This document shows, in pieces, positions 27,395 through 37,124 of a DNA stretch of 64,000 nucleotides. Every line of letters begins with the position of its first letter. The first letter of the stretch is position 1. The position numbers and the translations under genes were made by a program. The notes under the pieces were generated by a model. That model had not been told where the DNA came from. It saw nothing but the letters and a program-made list of their open reading frames with translations, and did not search any database. Source of the stretch: Eubacteriales bacterium (GTDB lineage: Bacteria; Bacillota; Clostridia; Saccharofermentanales; DTU023); contig JAUNLW010000001.1 in NCBI GenBank assembly GCA_030532065.1, positions 520,347-584,346 on the forward strand, given 5' to 3'.

Positions 27395-30278
27395 ATTGCA
27401 CTTCCTTTTCCTTGACACTATGGGCAAGGGCGTTTTTTATAAATTGACCGGTATAAGATTCCGGTACTGCGGCCAGCTCTTCCGGGCTGCCGCAAGCCAC
27501 GATCTCTCCGCCGGCATTGCCCCCTTCGGGACCTAGATCGATGATGTAATCAGCATTTTTTATCACATCAAGATTATGTTCAATTACTAAAACCGTGTTT
27601 CCACTGGCTGTCAAGCGCTGGAGAATATCTACCAGTTTATGAACATCCGCGCTATGGAGCCCGGTCGTAGGTTCGTCCAGTATGTAGAACGTCTTGCCTG
27701 TAGACCTGCGAGCCAGTTCTGTGGCTAACTTGATTCTCTGGGCTTCGCCACCTGAAAGGGTAGTCGAATTCTGACCTAAATGAAGGTAAGAAAGTCCTAC
27801 GTCCTGCATGGTCAGCAATTTGCGATAGATGCTTGGGACATTTGCGAAGAAGTTGGCCGCTTCTTCTACCGTCATATCCAAGACATCGGCGATAGTCTTG
27901 CCCTTGTAGGTGACCTCCAAGGTCTCCTGATTGTAGCGTTTACCCTCACATACCTCGCAGCGGACGTAAACATCGGGCAAGAAATGCATCTCAATTTTCT
28001 CAACACCGTCACCTTTGCAGGACTCGCAGCGGCCTCCCTTTACGTTAAAAGAGAAACGGCCTGGTTTATAGCCACGGGCTCTGGCTTGTGGCGTGGCTGC
28101 GAACAAGCGTCGGATATCATCAAAGACACCGGTGTAAGTGGCCGGATTGGACCTTGGCGATCTGCCGATCGGTGATTGGTCGATTGTGATGACCTTATCC
28201 AGAAATTCGCTGCCGCTAACCTCCTGGCACTTGACCTGACGTTTTCTAGCCCGGTTCAACTCACTCGAGAGATAGAGGTCAATGATACCATTTACAAGTG
28301 AGCTCTTACCAGAACCGGATACGCCAGTAATACAGGTAAAAGTGCCCAGAGGAATTGACACATCTATATGCTTAAGGTTGTTTTCGTAGCAGCCTTTAAA
28401 GCACAAAAAGTTAGGACCAATGGGGCGTCTTTCTTCTGGCACACCAATTGCCAGACGGCCAGACAAATAAGCGCCGGTTACCGACTCCGGAACTGCTTCT
28501 ACTTCCTTCACAGTACCTTGAGCAACCAGATAACCTCCTTCTGTTCCCGCGCCCGGACCGATATCTATAATTTGGTCCGCTACTCTCATGGTTTCTTCAT
28601 CATGCTCAACCACGATGAGAGTGTTGCCCAGATCGCGCAGCCGCAGGAGGCTGTTTAGGAGCTTTTGGTTATCACGTTGGTGTAGGCCTATGCTTGGCTC
28701 ATCTAATACATAGATCACACCCGTCAAGCCCGAGCCGATCTGTGTAGCCAGACGAATACGTTGCGCTTCGCCTCCGGACAAGCTGGCCGCAGAGCGAGCC
28801 AGATTGAGATAGCTTAAGCCGACATCATTGAGGAACTTTAATCTGGCCCTTAATTCCCGGAAAATCGGCGCAGCGATCTTTGCTTGATAATCGGTAAGCT
28901 GGATCGTATCGATAAACTTGGCGGCCTGGTCTATAGGCAACAATGTAAGCTCATATATATTTAGACCACCCATCTTCACCGCCAGAGCAGTTGGCTTTAG
29001 CCTTGCTCCGCCGCAGGCCGGGCAGACTCTAGTCGTCATATATTGCTCGTAATTTTCTCTGACTTCCTCACTGCCGGCATCTCTAGAGCGTTCCGCCAGG
29101 CTGTTGACCACACCGATCCAGGAACGTTTATAACCGGCGTGGCGCGGATAATTTGTCTTGGAGGTATCAATAGGGATACGCTCTCCTTTATTTCCATAAA
29201 GAATCAGATCTTGGATAGACTTGGGAAGGTCTTGCCAAGGCGTATCCAAAGAGAACTCATAATGCTTAGCCAAGGCTTCAATAAAGGCTCTGGCCCAGGA
29301 TTTGCGATCACTAAAATTCCAGCCAATCACCTGGATACAGCCGTCGTTAAGAGATTTACTGGGATCTGACACCACCAAATCCGGATCCACTTCTACCAAC
29401 TCGCCTAAGCCATCACAATGCGGACAGGCTCCTAAAGGATTATTAAAAGAGAAAGTTCTGGGAGAAATCTCCGGTATGCTGAGATCACAATGTGGGCAAG
29501 CATAATTGGCCGAAAACATGCTCTCTTCATCTTTATAACCATCCTCTGTCGGAATCTGAAAGATGATATTGGCCAGACCTTTACCCATAGATAGCGCTAA
29601 TTCAAGAGAATCGGTCAACCGCGACTTAACTCCCTCTTTCAGAACCAGCCGGTCTACCACAACTTCAACAGTGTGCTTCTTGTTTTTGGCCAGACGAAAA
29701 TCATCCGGCAAATCGCTTAATTCGTGGATCTCCCCGTCAATTCTTACACGTGTAAAGCCGTCTTTCTTAAGCTTCTGAATTTCCTTATGGTACTCACCTT
29801 TTTTCTCACGCACTATGGGTCCCAGGAGATAAAGCCTGGTTCTTTCAGGTCGAGACAGAATCTGAGATACCATTTGATCTATACTCTGTGGCTCAATTCT
29901 ACGGCCACACTGAGGGCAATAGACATCTCCCACCCTGGCATAAAGCAAGCGGAGATAGTCATAAATTTCCGTTACTGTTCCAACCGTGGAACGCGGGTTT
30001 CTACTGGTTGTTTTCTGATCTATGGCAATAGTAGGCGACAAGCCTTCAATAGAGTCGCAGTCTGGCTTTTGCATCTGTCCCAGGAAAAGGCGAGCGTAAG
30101 AAGACAGAGACTCCACATAGCGGCGCTGGCCCTCAGCGTAGATCGTATCAAAGGCAAGTGAAGACTTACCAGAGCCCGAAAGCCCGGTAACTACCACTAA
30201 TTCGTTACGTGGAATCTCGATATTAAAATTTTTTAGATTGTGCTCTCGCGCACCTATAATTTTTATCGTATTTTCCAT
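27369..30278 (-). CDS. uvrA: Excinuclease ABC subunit A
   Basis: 969 aa. [13 protein letters not shown], two ABC modules ([23 protein letters not shown]), LSGGEAQR twice, and zinc modules. Confidence 0.95.
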   Translation of the reverse strand: MENTIKIIGAREHNLKNFNIEIPRNELVVVTGLSGSGKSSLAFDTIYAEGQRRYVESLSSYARLFLGQMQKPDCDSIEGLSPTIAIDQKTTSRNPRSTVGTVTEIYDYLRLLYARVGDVYCPQCGRRIEPQSIDQMVSQILSRPERTRLYLLGPIVREKKGEYHKEIQKLKKDGFTRVRIDGEIHELSDLPDDFRLAKNKKHTVEVVVDRLVLKEGVKSRLTDSLELALSMGKGLANIIFQIPTEDGYKDEESMFSANYACPHCDLSIPEISPRTFSFNNPLGACPHCDGLGELVEVDPDLVVSDPSKSLNDGCIQVIGWNFSDRKSWARAFIEALAKHYEFSLDTPWQDLPKSIQDLILYGNKGERIPIDTSKTNYPRHAGYKRSWIGVVNSLAERSRDAGSEEVRENYEQYMTTRVCPACGGARLKPTALAVKMGGLNIYELTLLPIDQAAKFIDTIQLTDYQAKIAAPIFRELRARLKFLNDVGLSYLNLARSAASLSGGEAQRIRLATQIGSGLTGVIYVLDEPSIGLHQRDNQKLLNSLLRLRDLGNTLIVVEHDEETMRVADQIIDIGPGAGTEGGYLVAQGTVKEVEAVPESVTGAYLSGRLAIGVPEERRPIGPNFLCFKGCYENNLKHIDVSIPLGTFTCITGVSGSGKSSLVNGIIDLYLSSELNRARKRQVKCQEVSGSEFLDKVITIDQSPIGRSPRSNPATYTGVFDDIRRLFAATPQARARGYKPGRFSFNVKGGRCESCKGDGVEKIEMHFLPDVYVRCEVCEGKRYNQETLEVTYKGKTIADVLDMTVEEAANFFANVPSIYRKLLTMQDVGLSYLHLGQNSTTLSGGEAQRIKLATELARRSTGKTFYILDEPTTGLHSADVHKLVDILQRLTASGNTVLVIEHNLDVIKNADYIIDLGPEGGNAGGEIVACGSPEELAAVPESYTGQFIKNALAHSVKEKEVQYAKVSNLS

Positions 30279-30390
30279 TGCTTAGAATTCTACCCCATGG
30301 ACGTGAATATTTCCGTAACAAACAATGAATGAATTTTGAAGTTACTAGTCATATTTTGCCTTGTTCTTAGTTTTTATCTTTACATATAAA

Positions 30391-30415
30391 GAAATCCTCG
30401 CGATACGAGGATTTC
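30391..30415 (-). terminator. Hairpin downstream of tRNA-Glu
   Basis: gaaatcctcg-cgata-cgaggatttc, a 10-bp stem. The trailing sequence on the minus strand (ctttatatg) is only moderately U-rich. Confidence 0.4.
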
Positions 30416-30449
30416 AGCAAAAGCGCCAATTAGAAATCTTGGCTATATA

Positions 30450-30524
30450 TGGTGACCCTGGGGGGAATCGAACCCCCGATTCTGCCGTGAGAGGGCAGCG
30501 TCTTGACCGCTTGACCACAGGGCC
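30450..30524 (-). tRNA. tRNA-Glu (anticodon CTC)
   Basis: Minus strand: GGCCCTGTGGTCAAGCGGTCAAGACGCTGCCCTCTCACGGCAGAATCGGGGGTTCGATTCCCCCCAGGGTCACCA. 7-bp acceptor stem (one G-U pair), GGTTCGATTCC T-arm, anticodon loop CT-CTC-AC, encoded CCA. Confidence 0.9.
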
Positions 30525-30575
30525 ATTTTTTGCACTCATGAGAGTCTACACTGCTCTAAGACAAAAAGCAAGAAC

Positions 30576-31415
30576 TTAGAGCAAAAAATTGTAGAGTTCA
30601 CTGAGATACCAGGCCATAATACCACAAGATATCGCTAAATTATAGGACTCAGCTTCTCCCTGGATGGGAATACTGAGACTTAAATCCACCAGTTCTTTGA
30701 TATCAGGACTTATGCCATGAGCTTCGTTACCTAAGATCAAAGCAAAGCCTCTTCCTTGCTTGCCTACAGGCGCCTGATAAAGTTTTTCTCCGCCCAGATC
30801 ACCGGCCAGGAAGTCGAGTTGTGGTCTCCTGGCTTTGAATGCTGCCAAATCACGGACACTTGCTACCTTAAAGAGCGGCAAGGCAAGTCCTGATCCCATG
30901 GCAGCTCTCAGCACTTTAGGATTATAAGGCCAAACTGTATCTCCTAAAAGGATCATGGCATCAAAGCCTAAACCCTCTACCGTTCTGATCATGGTGCCCA
31001 AATTGCCTGGATCCTGACAGGAATCGAGGATTAGAAAGCGCTCAGGACGGTTTGTAACTGGTAACTCAGACAGATTTAAGAGCTGAGGAGCCTGAAACAA
31101 AGCCATCACTCCTTGACTGGATTTAGTTGCGGTAAGGCTGTTAAAAAGCCCTGATTCCACCCTGAAACAAAGCTCTGCCAGCTGTTGGTCAATCCCTTCC
31201 TGTAAATTTTTCCAGCAGGCCTCACCTTGCTTATCGTCACGAAAGAAAAGCCCTAAAGGCTTGGCTACTTCCAGGCTGGTGGCAATTTGCCTCGAGCCCT
31301 CAGCCAGGATCAGTCCTCGTTTTGTAGCCTGACTTGCCTTGGTACTGGCAAACAGTTCTTTAAGTTTCGGGTTTTGTCGGGAAGTCAAAACCAATAGCTG
31401 GTCCCAATTTCTCAT
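30576..31415 (-). CDS. TrmH/SpoU-family RNA 2'-O-methyltransferase
   Basis: 279 aa. SpoU motifs LDSCQDPGNLGTMIRT, LILGNEAHGI and ESYNLAISCGI. Confidence 0.8.
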   Translation of the reverse strand: MRNWDQLLVLTSRQNPKLKELFASTKASQATKRGLILAEGSRQIATSLEVAKPLGLFFRDDKQGEACWKNLQEGIDQQLAELCFRVESGLFNSLTATKSSQGVMALFQAPQLLNLSELPVTNRPERFLILDSCQDPGNLGTMIRTVEGLGFDAMILLGDTVWPYNPKVLRAAMGSGLALPLFKVASVRDLAAFKARRPQLDFLAGDLGGEKLYQAPVGKQGRGFALILGNEAHGISPDIKELVDLSLSIPIQGEAESYNLAISCGIMAWYLSELYNFLL

Positions 31416-31489
31416 ATTTTTCCTTTAAAAGTCATAATGCTCGCGAGAAGCCAGGCTTAAGCTTTTGATATCTAATCAACAGTATAGAG

Positions 31490-31510
31490 AAAAAGCGGGT
31501 CAAACCCGCT
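31490..31510 (-). terminator. Intrinsic terminator of the infC-rpmI-rplT operon
   Basis: On the minus strand, AGCGGGT-ttg-ACCCGCT is followed by TTTTT. Confidence 0.65.
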
Positions 31511-31550
31511 TAATCTCTTAAGATCTCTACTTATAAGTAGTAAAAGCTTT

Positions 31551-31904
31551 CTATGAAGCAGATTTTGCCAATTCGCACAGGCTGCTGAAGGCTTCTTTAT
31601 CATTAACGGCTAAGTCAGCCAGGATCTTACGGTCAATCTCAACGTTCTGCTTCTTTAAGCCATCGATGAAACGGCTGTAAGAGATGCCGTTGGCTCTGCT
31701 GGCAGCATTGATACGGGAGATCCACAGTTGACGGAAATCACGTTTCTTATTACGGCGGTCACGGTAGGCATAGTTACCGGATTTGAGCACGGCCTGGTTG
31801 GCTACCTTAAAGTTAGTGCTCTTGCGGCCAAAATAGCCTTTAGCTTGTTTTAACGTTCTCTTATGGCGTTTTCTCAGAACAGTGCCACGCTTAACTCTAG
31901 TCAT
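31551..31904 (-). CDS. rplT: 50S ribosomal protein L20
   Basis: 117 aa: [26 protein letters not shown].. Confidence 0.95.
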   Translation of the reverse strand: MTRVKRGTVLRKRHKRTLKQAKGYFGRKSTNFKVANQAVLKSGNYAYRDRRNKKRDFRQLWISRINAASRANGISYSRFIDGLKKQNVEIDRKILADLAVNDKEAFSSLCELAKSAS

Positions 31905-31946
31905 CTATATTTTCCTCCTAAGTAAGACTGATTAACACAAGCCGCC

Positions 31947-32144
31947 CTATTTGTAGGGTATCAGGGATTTGACCTTTTTAGCCTCGGCAGGGCTTACTTC
32001 AATGATCTTGCGCAGCTGTCTCTTACGTTTAGTGGACTTTTTAGTCAAGATATGCTTCTTGTAAGCCTGGGCGCGACGGACTTTGCCGTTTGCGCTGATT
32101 TTGTACCTCTTTTTAGAAGAGCTGTGACTTCTTTGTTTTGGCAT
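31947..32144 (-). CDS. rpmI: 50S ribosomal protein L35
   Basis: 65 aa and highly basic: MPKQRSHSSSKKRYKISANGKV.. Confidence 0.95.
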   Translation of the reverse strand: MPKQRSHSSSKKRYKISANGKVRRAQAYKKHILTKKSTKRKRQLRKIIEVSPAEAKKVKSLIPYK

Positions 32145-32235
32145 GTTGTGCCTCCTTCTAATACAATACGGATGCTCCAGCGATCCGGAACGGTCTTCCG
32201 TCCTCTACGCTGATCCTAACAATCTTTTTTGTGGC

Positions 32236-32820
32236 CTAAGCCTCTATATCTTCTGCCAATTCTTCTTTTTCCGCGAGTTCTCGCTTTTCTTTTTCGGATA
32301 ACGGTGCCAGATACATAACCATGTGGCGACCTTCCATAATTGGTTTACGATCTACTTTACCCAAGCTTCGGCAGGCATCGGCAAATTTTTCCATAACCTC
32401 GAAACCTTGGTTCTGATAACTCATCTCACGGCCTCGGAAGCGAATTACTACTTTGACACGATCCTCATTAGCTAAAAAGCGGTGCGCATTTCTTACGCGG
32501 ACATTGAAATCATGCTCTTCGGTTGTCAGCTTCAGCTGTACTTCCTTGACGTTGATCTTCTTCTGATTCTTCTTAGCTTCGCGGGCCTTTTTGGACTGCT
32601 CAAACTGATACTTACCGTAGTCCATAACTTTGGCAACCGGGTTATCCGGATTATCAGACATCAACACCAGGTCCATACCCTGGTTAAGCGCTATATCTAA
32701 AGCCTCTTCAGTATCTTTGATGCCCAGCATTTCTCCGTCACCGTCAATCAGACGGACCTTGGGAAACCTGATCTCCTCGTTGATGTAAACACGGTTCTTA
32801 CCTTTTTGTCTAGCTATAAT
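32236..32820 (-). CDS. infC: Translation initiation factor IF-3, probable ATT (or ATA) start
   Basis: INEEIRFPKVRLIDGDGEMLGI and the remainder are canonical IF-3. The GGAGG RBS lies inside the ORF-track N-terminus (TTG..GAAGGAGGC), 4 nt before ATT at 32820 and 7 nt before ATA at 32817. A non-AUG start is the known autoregulatory feature of infC. Confidence 0.9.
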   Translation of the reverse strand: MIARQKGKNRVYINEEIRFPKVRLIDGDGEMLGIKDTEEALDIALNQGMDLVLMSDNPDNPVAKVMDYGKYQFEQSKKAREAKKNQKKINVKEVQLKLTTEEHDFNVRVRNAHRFLANEDRVKVVIRFRGREMSYQNQGFEVMEKFADACRSLGKVDRKPIMEGRHMVMYLAPLSEKEKRELAEKEELAEDIEA

Positions 32821-32840
32821 TTTGCCTCCTTCCAGCAATA

Positions 32841-32998
32841 AATAAAAAAGAGCGGTGTAGTTCCGCTCACAACCAACAACTGCCCCTTCTCTTTCGGGGT
32901 GTTGAAAAAAGTCTTTACCTCTTCGCTTAAGCTTAAGGTGAGATCGGAATCTACTTCTTACAAATAAGAAATTTAACAGTTATTGTCCGACTTGTCAA
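32841..32998 (-). promoter_or_regulatory. infC operon promoter plus a leader with a terminator/attenuator (L20-leader-like)
   Basis: On the minus strand: TTGACA (32998-32993), 17 nt, TAAATT (32975-32970). A leader of about 120 nt follows and ends in GAGCGG-aactacac-CCGCTC plus T6 (32868-32844), immediately before the infC RBS. Confidence 0.45.
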
Positions 32999-33038
32999 TA
33001 GTTGTCGGAAAAAGATGTTTGCCGAAAGCCTTATAGCA

Positions 33039-33064
33039 GGGGCAGGTGCATGTTGCCCTGCCCC
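33039..33064 (-). terminator. GC-rich hairpin after the P-type ATPase gene
   Basis: ggggcagg-tgcatgttgc-cctgcccc, an 8-bp GC stem 25 nt after the stop. No clear U-tract follows. Confidence 0.3.
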
Positions 33065-33088
33065 GTCCACTATAAAGGCTCAATAAAT

Positions 33089-35911
33089 TTATTTATGATA
33101 CTTCACTCTCTTAAATACTTCACCGATGGTAAAGGGAATCAAGGAAAGTAGCATTACTATACCGAGGTCTCTTGCTGTCAGTGGGATTGTGTGGAACAAG
33201 CCACCTAATACCGGTAGATAGAGTACCAGTAACATCAAACCCGCTGATACCAGGAAGGCCTTGTTCATATAGGAGTTACTGAAGAATCCCATGGAGAAGA
33301 CACTTTGATGCTCAGATCTGGTGGAGAAAGACCTGATCAACTCGGCCATAATGAGGGTAGCAAAGGCGAAAGTGTGCGCTCCAGCAGAAGGTGTGCCATC
33401 TGGATGAGCATAGAAATCATATTGCTCAATCAACTCATAAGAGCCATTGGCGTCCAGGACTGGCTCACCATCGACGGCGAGATAGTCCGGATAATAGAAA
33501 CGACCAATTTGGAAGGCCACAAATACGGCCACAAAGATCGCTACTGCCTGAACCAGGATTGAGACAAACATGCGCTTGCTTATGATGTGCTCTTTCTTAT
33601 CCCGAGGTGGCAGTTCCATAATATCGTCCTCACCTTTTTCTTGTCCCAAGGCCAGAGCCGGGAAAGAGTCTGTTACCAGATTCAGCCACAAGAGCTGGAT
33701 GGGCAATAACGGTGAATAGCTGGGTCCTAACAGGAGGTTGGTAATGAAGACGACCAGGATCTCACCCACATTACAGGATAAGAGGAAGAGAACAAATTTA
33801 CGTATATTGCTGTAAATTATGCGGCCTTCTTTAACAGCTGAAACAATTGTGGAGAAGTTGTCATCGGTAAGGATCATCTCTGCGGATGATTTGGCAACCT
33901 CTGTGCCGGTGATGCCCATGGCAACACCGATATCCGCCATCTTGAGAGCAGGCGCGTCGTTAACACCATCACCCGTCATAGAAGCCGAGTTGCCGTTAGA
34001 CTTGATGGCCTGAATTATCTGTACCTTATGTTCAGGGGAAACCCTGGCAAAAACGCTGACTTCCTTTACTAATTGCGCCAGTTCCTCGTCATTTAACTTA
34101 TCCAGTTCCAAGCCACTAACAACGCGGCTGGATTCATCAGCGATCTGTAAGTCCCTGGCGATAGCCAAAGCAGTTTCGGCGTAGTCACCGGTAATCATGA
34201 CAACCCTGATACCTGCCTTATGGCAAACCGCGATCGCGTCTTTGACTTCAGTTCGAGGTGGATCAATCATTCCAGCCAGGCCTACAAAACACATATTCTG
34301 CTCTGCATCGGAGAAATCGCCCTCGGCGTGGACTTTAAAAGCAAAGCCCAAAACCCGCAATGCCTTCTTGGCCATAGAGGAGTTAGCGTCCAGAATCTCC
34401 TGACGGCGCTCATCAGTTAGAGGTCTGATTTCTCCGTCAACCATCTCGCTTGCGCATTGGTTTAAAAGAATGTCCGGCGCGCCTTTGGTAAGAGAGACGG
34501 CTCCTTCAGGGAAATTAGTGTAAAACACTGACATGGCTTTACGACCAGAGTCAAAGGGCAAATCTGCTTCGAAACGATACGCTTCTTGGAGCTTTTCTCT
34601 GCTGATACCTCGCTTAGCGGCCAAAGTAAGCAAGGATCCTTCGGTAGGATCACCGATAATGCCAAATTTGCCATCTTGTTTTTGCAGCTCAGCCGTATTA
34701 CAGAGAGCCGCGATCTCAAGCAGGCGATTAAGCGCGACTCCGTCCTCAGTTGATCCTTCTACCAGGCTGATCTCACCCTCTGGATCGTAGCCGCTGCCAC
34801 TTACCAGATAATGGCCCTGACCGGCGTATACTTCCCGCACAGTCATCTCATTCTGAGTAAGCGTGCCTGTCTTATCCGAGCAGATAGTATCTATAGAACC
34901 CAAGGTTTCAACAGCCAAAAGACGTTTAACAATCGCATGTTGCTCAGCCATACGGTTCATACCCAGGGCCAGAACAATAGTAACAATCGCGGGCAGGCCC
35001 TCAGGAATAGCAGCTACAGCTAAACTTACCGCCGTCATAAAGAGCCTAATAGGCTCGCCACCTTGTATAAAACCTGCTACGAAAACAATGACACAAACTA
35101 ATAAGATCAGGGCACCCAGCACTTTTCCCAGGTGGTCCAAGTTCTTTTGTAAAGGTGTGGACTCCTGCTCAATGGACTGAAGACTGCTGGCGATCCTGCC
35201 TACTTCTGTGTCATGGGCAACTGCAACTACCAGTCCTTTACCATTACCGTAAGTAATAGAAGTACCGGAAAAAAGCATATTCTTGCGGTCGCCCAAGCCA
35301 ACTTCTTCTTTCGGACAAAAATCAGCCTGCTTTTCAACCGGGACAGATTCACCCGTAAGCGATGCTTCTTCTGCTTTAAGGTTGCTACTGTCCAAAAGCC
35401 TGATATCTGCCGGGACAATATCACCTGCTTCCAGCAAGACAATATCGCCTACTACCAGATTCTCAGCCGGAACCATCTTCTGTTGACCGTCTCGTAGCAC
35501 ACGCGCTTCCGGAGCCGACATATCCTTCAAAGCTTTTATTGCTTCTTCAGCTTTGCCTTCTTGAAGCACTCCCAAAACAGCATTTACTATAACTATGGCA
35601 ATAATGATGATGGCATCTGCCATCTCACCCATAGCACCGGAAATAATTGCCGCAATTATCAGAATAATAATCAGAAAATCCTTGAATTGAGCCAGCACGC
35701 GCCTCCACATGGGCGTAGTTGCTTCTTCTTCAAGTTTATTTGGTCCATTAGAAGCAAGCCTTTGCTCAGCCTCAGCCGAAGTTAAGCCCTGGTCCGCATT
35801 TGCCTTCAAGCGCGAGATCAATTGGGTCTTAGCTTCAAGATAAAAGCTGGTCTTTGCCTGATCCTCTTTAACTCGACTATTATATCCAGCCTTAGACGGG
35901 TCTGCTTTCAT
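33089..35911 (-). CDS. P-type cation-transporting ATPase, Ca2+ (P2A/P2B-like) type
   Basis: 940 aa. Phosphorylation motif CSDKTGTLTQNEM, plus TGES, MITGD and MTGDGVNDAPALK motifs, and ten predicted TM segments. Confidence 0.9.
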   Translation of the reverse strand: MKADPSKAGYNSRVKEDQAKTSFYLEAKTQLISRLKANADQGLTSAEAEQRLASNGPNKLEEEATTPMWRRVLAQFKDFLIIILIIAAIISGAMGEMADAIIIIAIVIVNAVLGVLQEGKAEEAIKALKDMSAPEARVLRDGQQKMVPAENLVVGDIVLLEAGDIVPADIRLLDSSNLKAEEASLTGESVPVEKQADFCPKEEVGLGDRKNMLFSGTSITYGNGKGLVVAVAHDTEVGRIASSLQSIEQESTPLQKNLDHLGKVLGALILLVCVIVFVAGFIQGGEPIRLFMTAVSLAVAAIPEGLPAIVTIVLALGMNRMAEQHAIVKRLLAVETLGSIDTICSDKTGTLTQNEMTVREVYAGQGHYLVSGSGYDPEGEISLVEGSTEDGVALNRLLEIAALCNTAELQKQDGKFGIIGDPTEGSLLTLAAKRGISREKLQEAYRFEADLPFDSGRKAMSVFYTNFPEGAVSLTKGAPDILLNQCASEMVDGEIRPLTDERRQEILDANSSMAKKALRVLGFAFKVHAEGDFSDAEQNMCFVGLAGMIDPPRTEVKDAIAVCHKAGIRVVMITGDYAETALAIARDLQIADESSRVVSGLELDKLNDEELAQLVKEVSVFARVSPEHKVQIIQAIKSNGNSASMTGDGVNDAPALKMADIGVAMGITGTEVAKSSAEMILTDDNFSTIVSAVKEGRIIYSNIRKFVLFLLSCNVGEILVVFITNLLLGPSYSPLLPIQLLWLNLVTDSFPALALGQEKGEDDIMELPPRDKKEHIISKRMFVSILVQAVAIFVAVFVAFQIGRFYYPDYLAVDGEPVLDANGSYELIEQYDFYAHPDGTPSAGAHTFAFATLIMAELIRSFSTRSEHQSVFSMGFFSNSYMNKAFLVSAGLMLLVLYLPVLGGLFHTIPLTARDLGIVMLLSLIPFTIGEVFKRVKYHK

Positions 35912-35977
35912 CGTTTATCCTCCCTGAATCGATTGATTTCCATCTATTCATGATACACGAAAGCCGACAGGCAAGTT

Positions 35978-35994
35978 ATTTGTATTATACAAAT
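35978..35994. promoter_or_regulatory. Perfect 17-bp palindrome in the ATPase upstream region; candidate operator
   Basis: On the plus strand: ATTTGTAT-t-ATACAAAT. On the minus strand it contains TATAAT, so it overlaps a likely -10 element about 65 nt upstream of the ATPase ATG. Confidence 0.3.
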
Positions 35995-36033
35995 TGGCAA
36001 TTGATACTGGTTGCTGCGATGCATACTGAGCTT

Positions 36034-37113
36034 CTATTTTTCAAGCGGTGTAAAATGGTGGACTTTACCATCTGGAAAAACTCGTATTACCTGATAACCG
36101 TACTTTTCCGCCAGAGCATTGCCTTTGTCTTCATCTAAATTAAAAAGAGCCGTAGCCAGAGCGTCCGCCAGCCCTGAATCAGGGCCAATCAAGCTGACAG
36201 AAAGATAACGTTCGGATGGATACAAAGTTTGAGGATCAATGATGTGATGGCAGAGCTTACCTTCATAGCTGAAATTACGCTCATAGACGCCACTGGTGAC
36301 CACTGCGCCATCACAGATCTCCAGAGTTTCCAAGACTTGGTCGTGCAGTTCCGGATCCTGTATCCCAACCTGCCAGGCTTGACCCTCCGGTTTGCTGCCT
36401 ATAGCCCGCACATTGCCACCCACGCTAAGCAACACATGATTGAAGCCAGCCTTTTGAATATCTTTAGCCAAAAGTTCCACTGCATAGCCCTTGGCCATGG
36501 CACCTAAGTCTAAACGCATTTGATCGTCCAGGAATTGTACACTTTTATCCTCAGGCTCAAGACGCAATTTCAGGTAATCCATATGTTTGCCTGCTTCTTT
36601 TAGACTTAGCTCGTCTGGTATATAGGCCTCATCCGGCCTGGCACGAGATATCGCTCCAGCCTCCTTCCAGAGGCCAGTCAATCTTCCCATTGCTGGGTTA
36701 AAAGCTCCCTCAGAAGCCTTAGCTAATTCGACAGCAACAGACAAAAGATTAAACAAGTCCGGTTCCAAATCCTGGCAGATATGTCCTGCCCTGTCGTTTA
36801 AGTCAAAAACATTTACGTAGTTATCCGAAGGTTCAAAAGCTGTGTAAAGTTCATTATAGTAGGAGAGCCTATCTTCCACCAAGGCATTCAAACGTTCAAA
36901 TTCTTCCGCGGATGGCAAATAGGCCAATATATAGGTCAGGGTATCAAAGCCGTAAAAGCCGTGGGCACTAAAGCGCGTCAGTTCTTCTGCTCTATCCGGT
37001 ATGGTCTTTTCTGTACAGGCGACTCCGGAAAAGATCATAACCAACAAAAGAAATAAGACAATCAGTGTCTTTCCGGGATGCAGGCAAGTTTTTTCTGCTG
37101 ACAGTATGCGCAT
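36034..37113 (-). CDS. apbE: FAD:protein FMN transferase (ApbE family), probable lipoprotein
   Basis: 359 aa. Signal peptide ending in a lipobox-like FSGVAC, and ApbE-like blocks (LDLGAMAKGYAVE, VLLSVGGNV, VVTSGVYERNF..HHIIDPQT). Confidence 0.8.
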   Translation of the reverse strand: MRILSAEKTCLHPGKTLIVLFLLLVMIFSGVACTEKTIPDRAEELTRFSAHGFYGFDTLTYILAYLPSAEEFERLNALVEDRLSYYNELYTAFEPSDNYVNVFDLNDRAGHICQDLEPDLFNLLSVAVELAKASEGAFNPAMGRLTGLWKEAGAISRARPDEAYIPDELSLKEAGKHMDYLKLRLEPEDKSVQFLDDQMRLDLGAMAKGYAVELLAKDIQKAGFNHVLLSVGGNVRAIGSKPEGQAWQVGIQDPELHDQVLETLEICDGAVVTSGVYERNFSYEGKLCHHIIDPQTLYPSERYLSVSLIGPDSGLADALATALFNLDEDKGNALAEKYGYQVIRVFPDGKVHHFTPLEK

Positions 37114-37124
37114 TTACACCGCTT

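Noticed and set aside
27395-27560. CtsR operator upstream of clpE
   Set aside because: Only a single GGTCAAT-like half-site was seen on the minus strand, not the tandem heptad repeat. That is insufficient to call.
30279-30449. SOS (Cheo/LexA) box upstream of uvrA
   Set aside because: No GAAC-N4-GTTC motif is present in the uvrA upstream region, so no claim is made.
30361-30579. 72-aa plus-strand ORF
   Set aside because: It overlaps tRNA-Glu (30450-30524) and its terminator on the opposite strand. It is an artefact.
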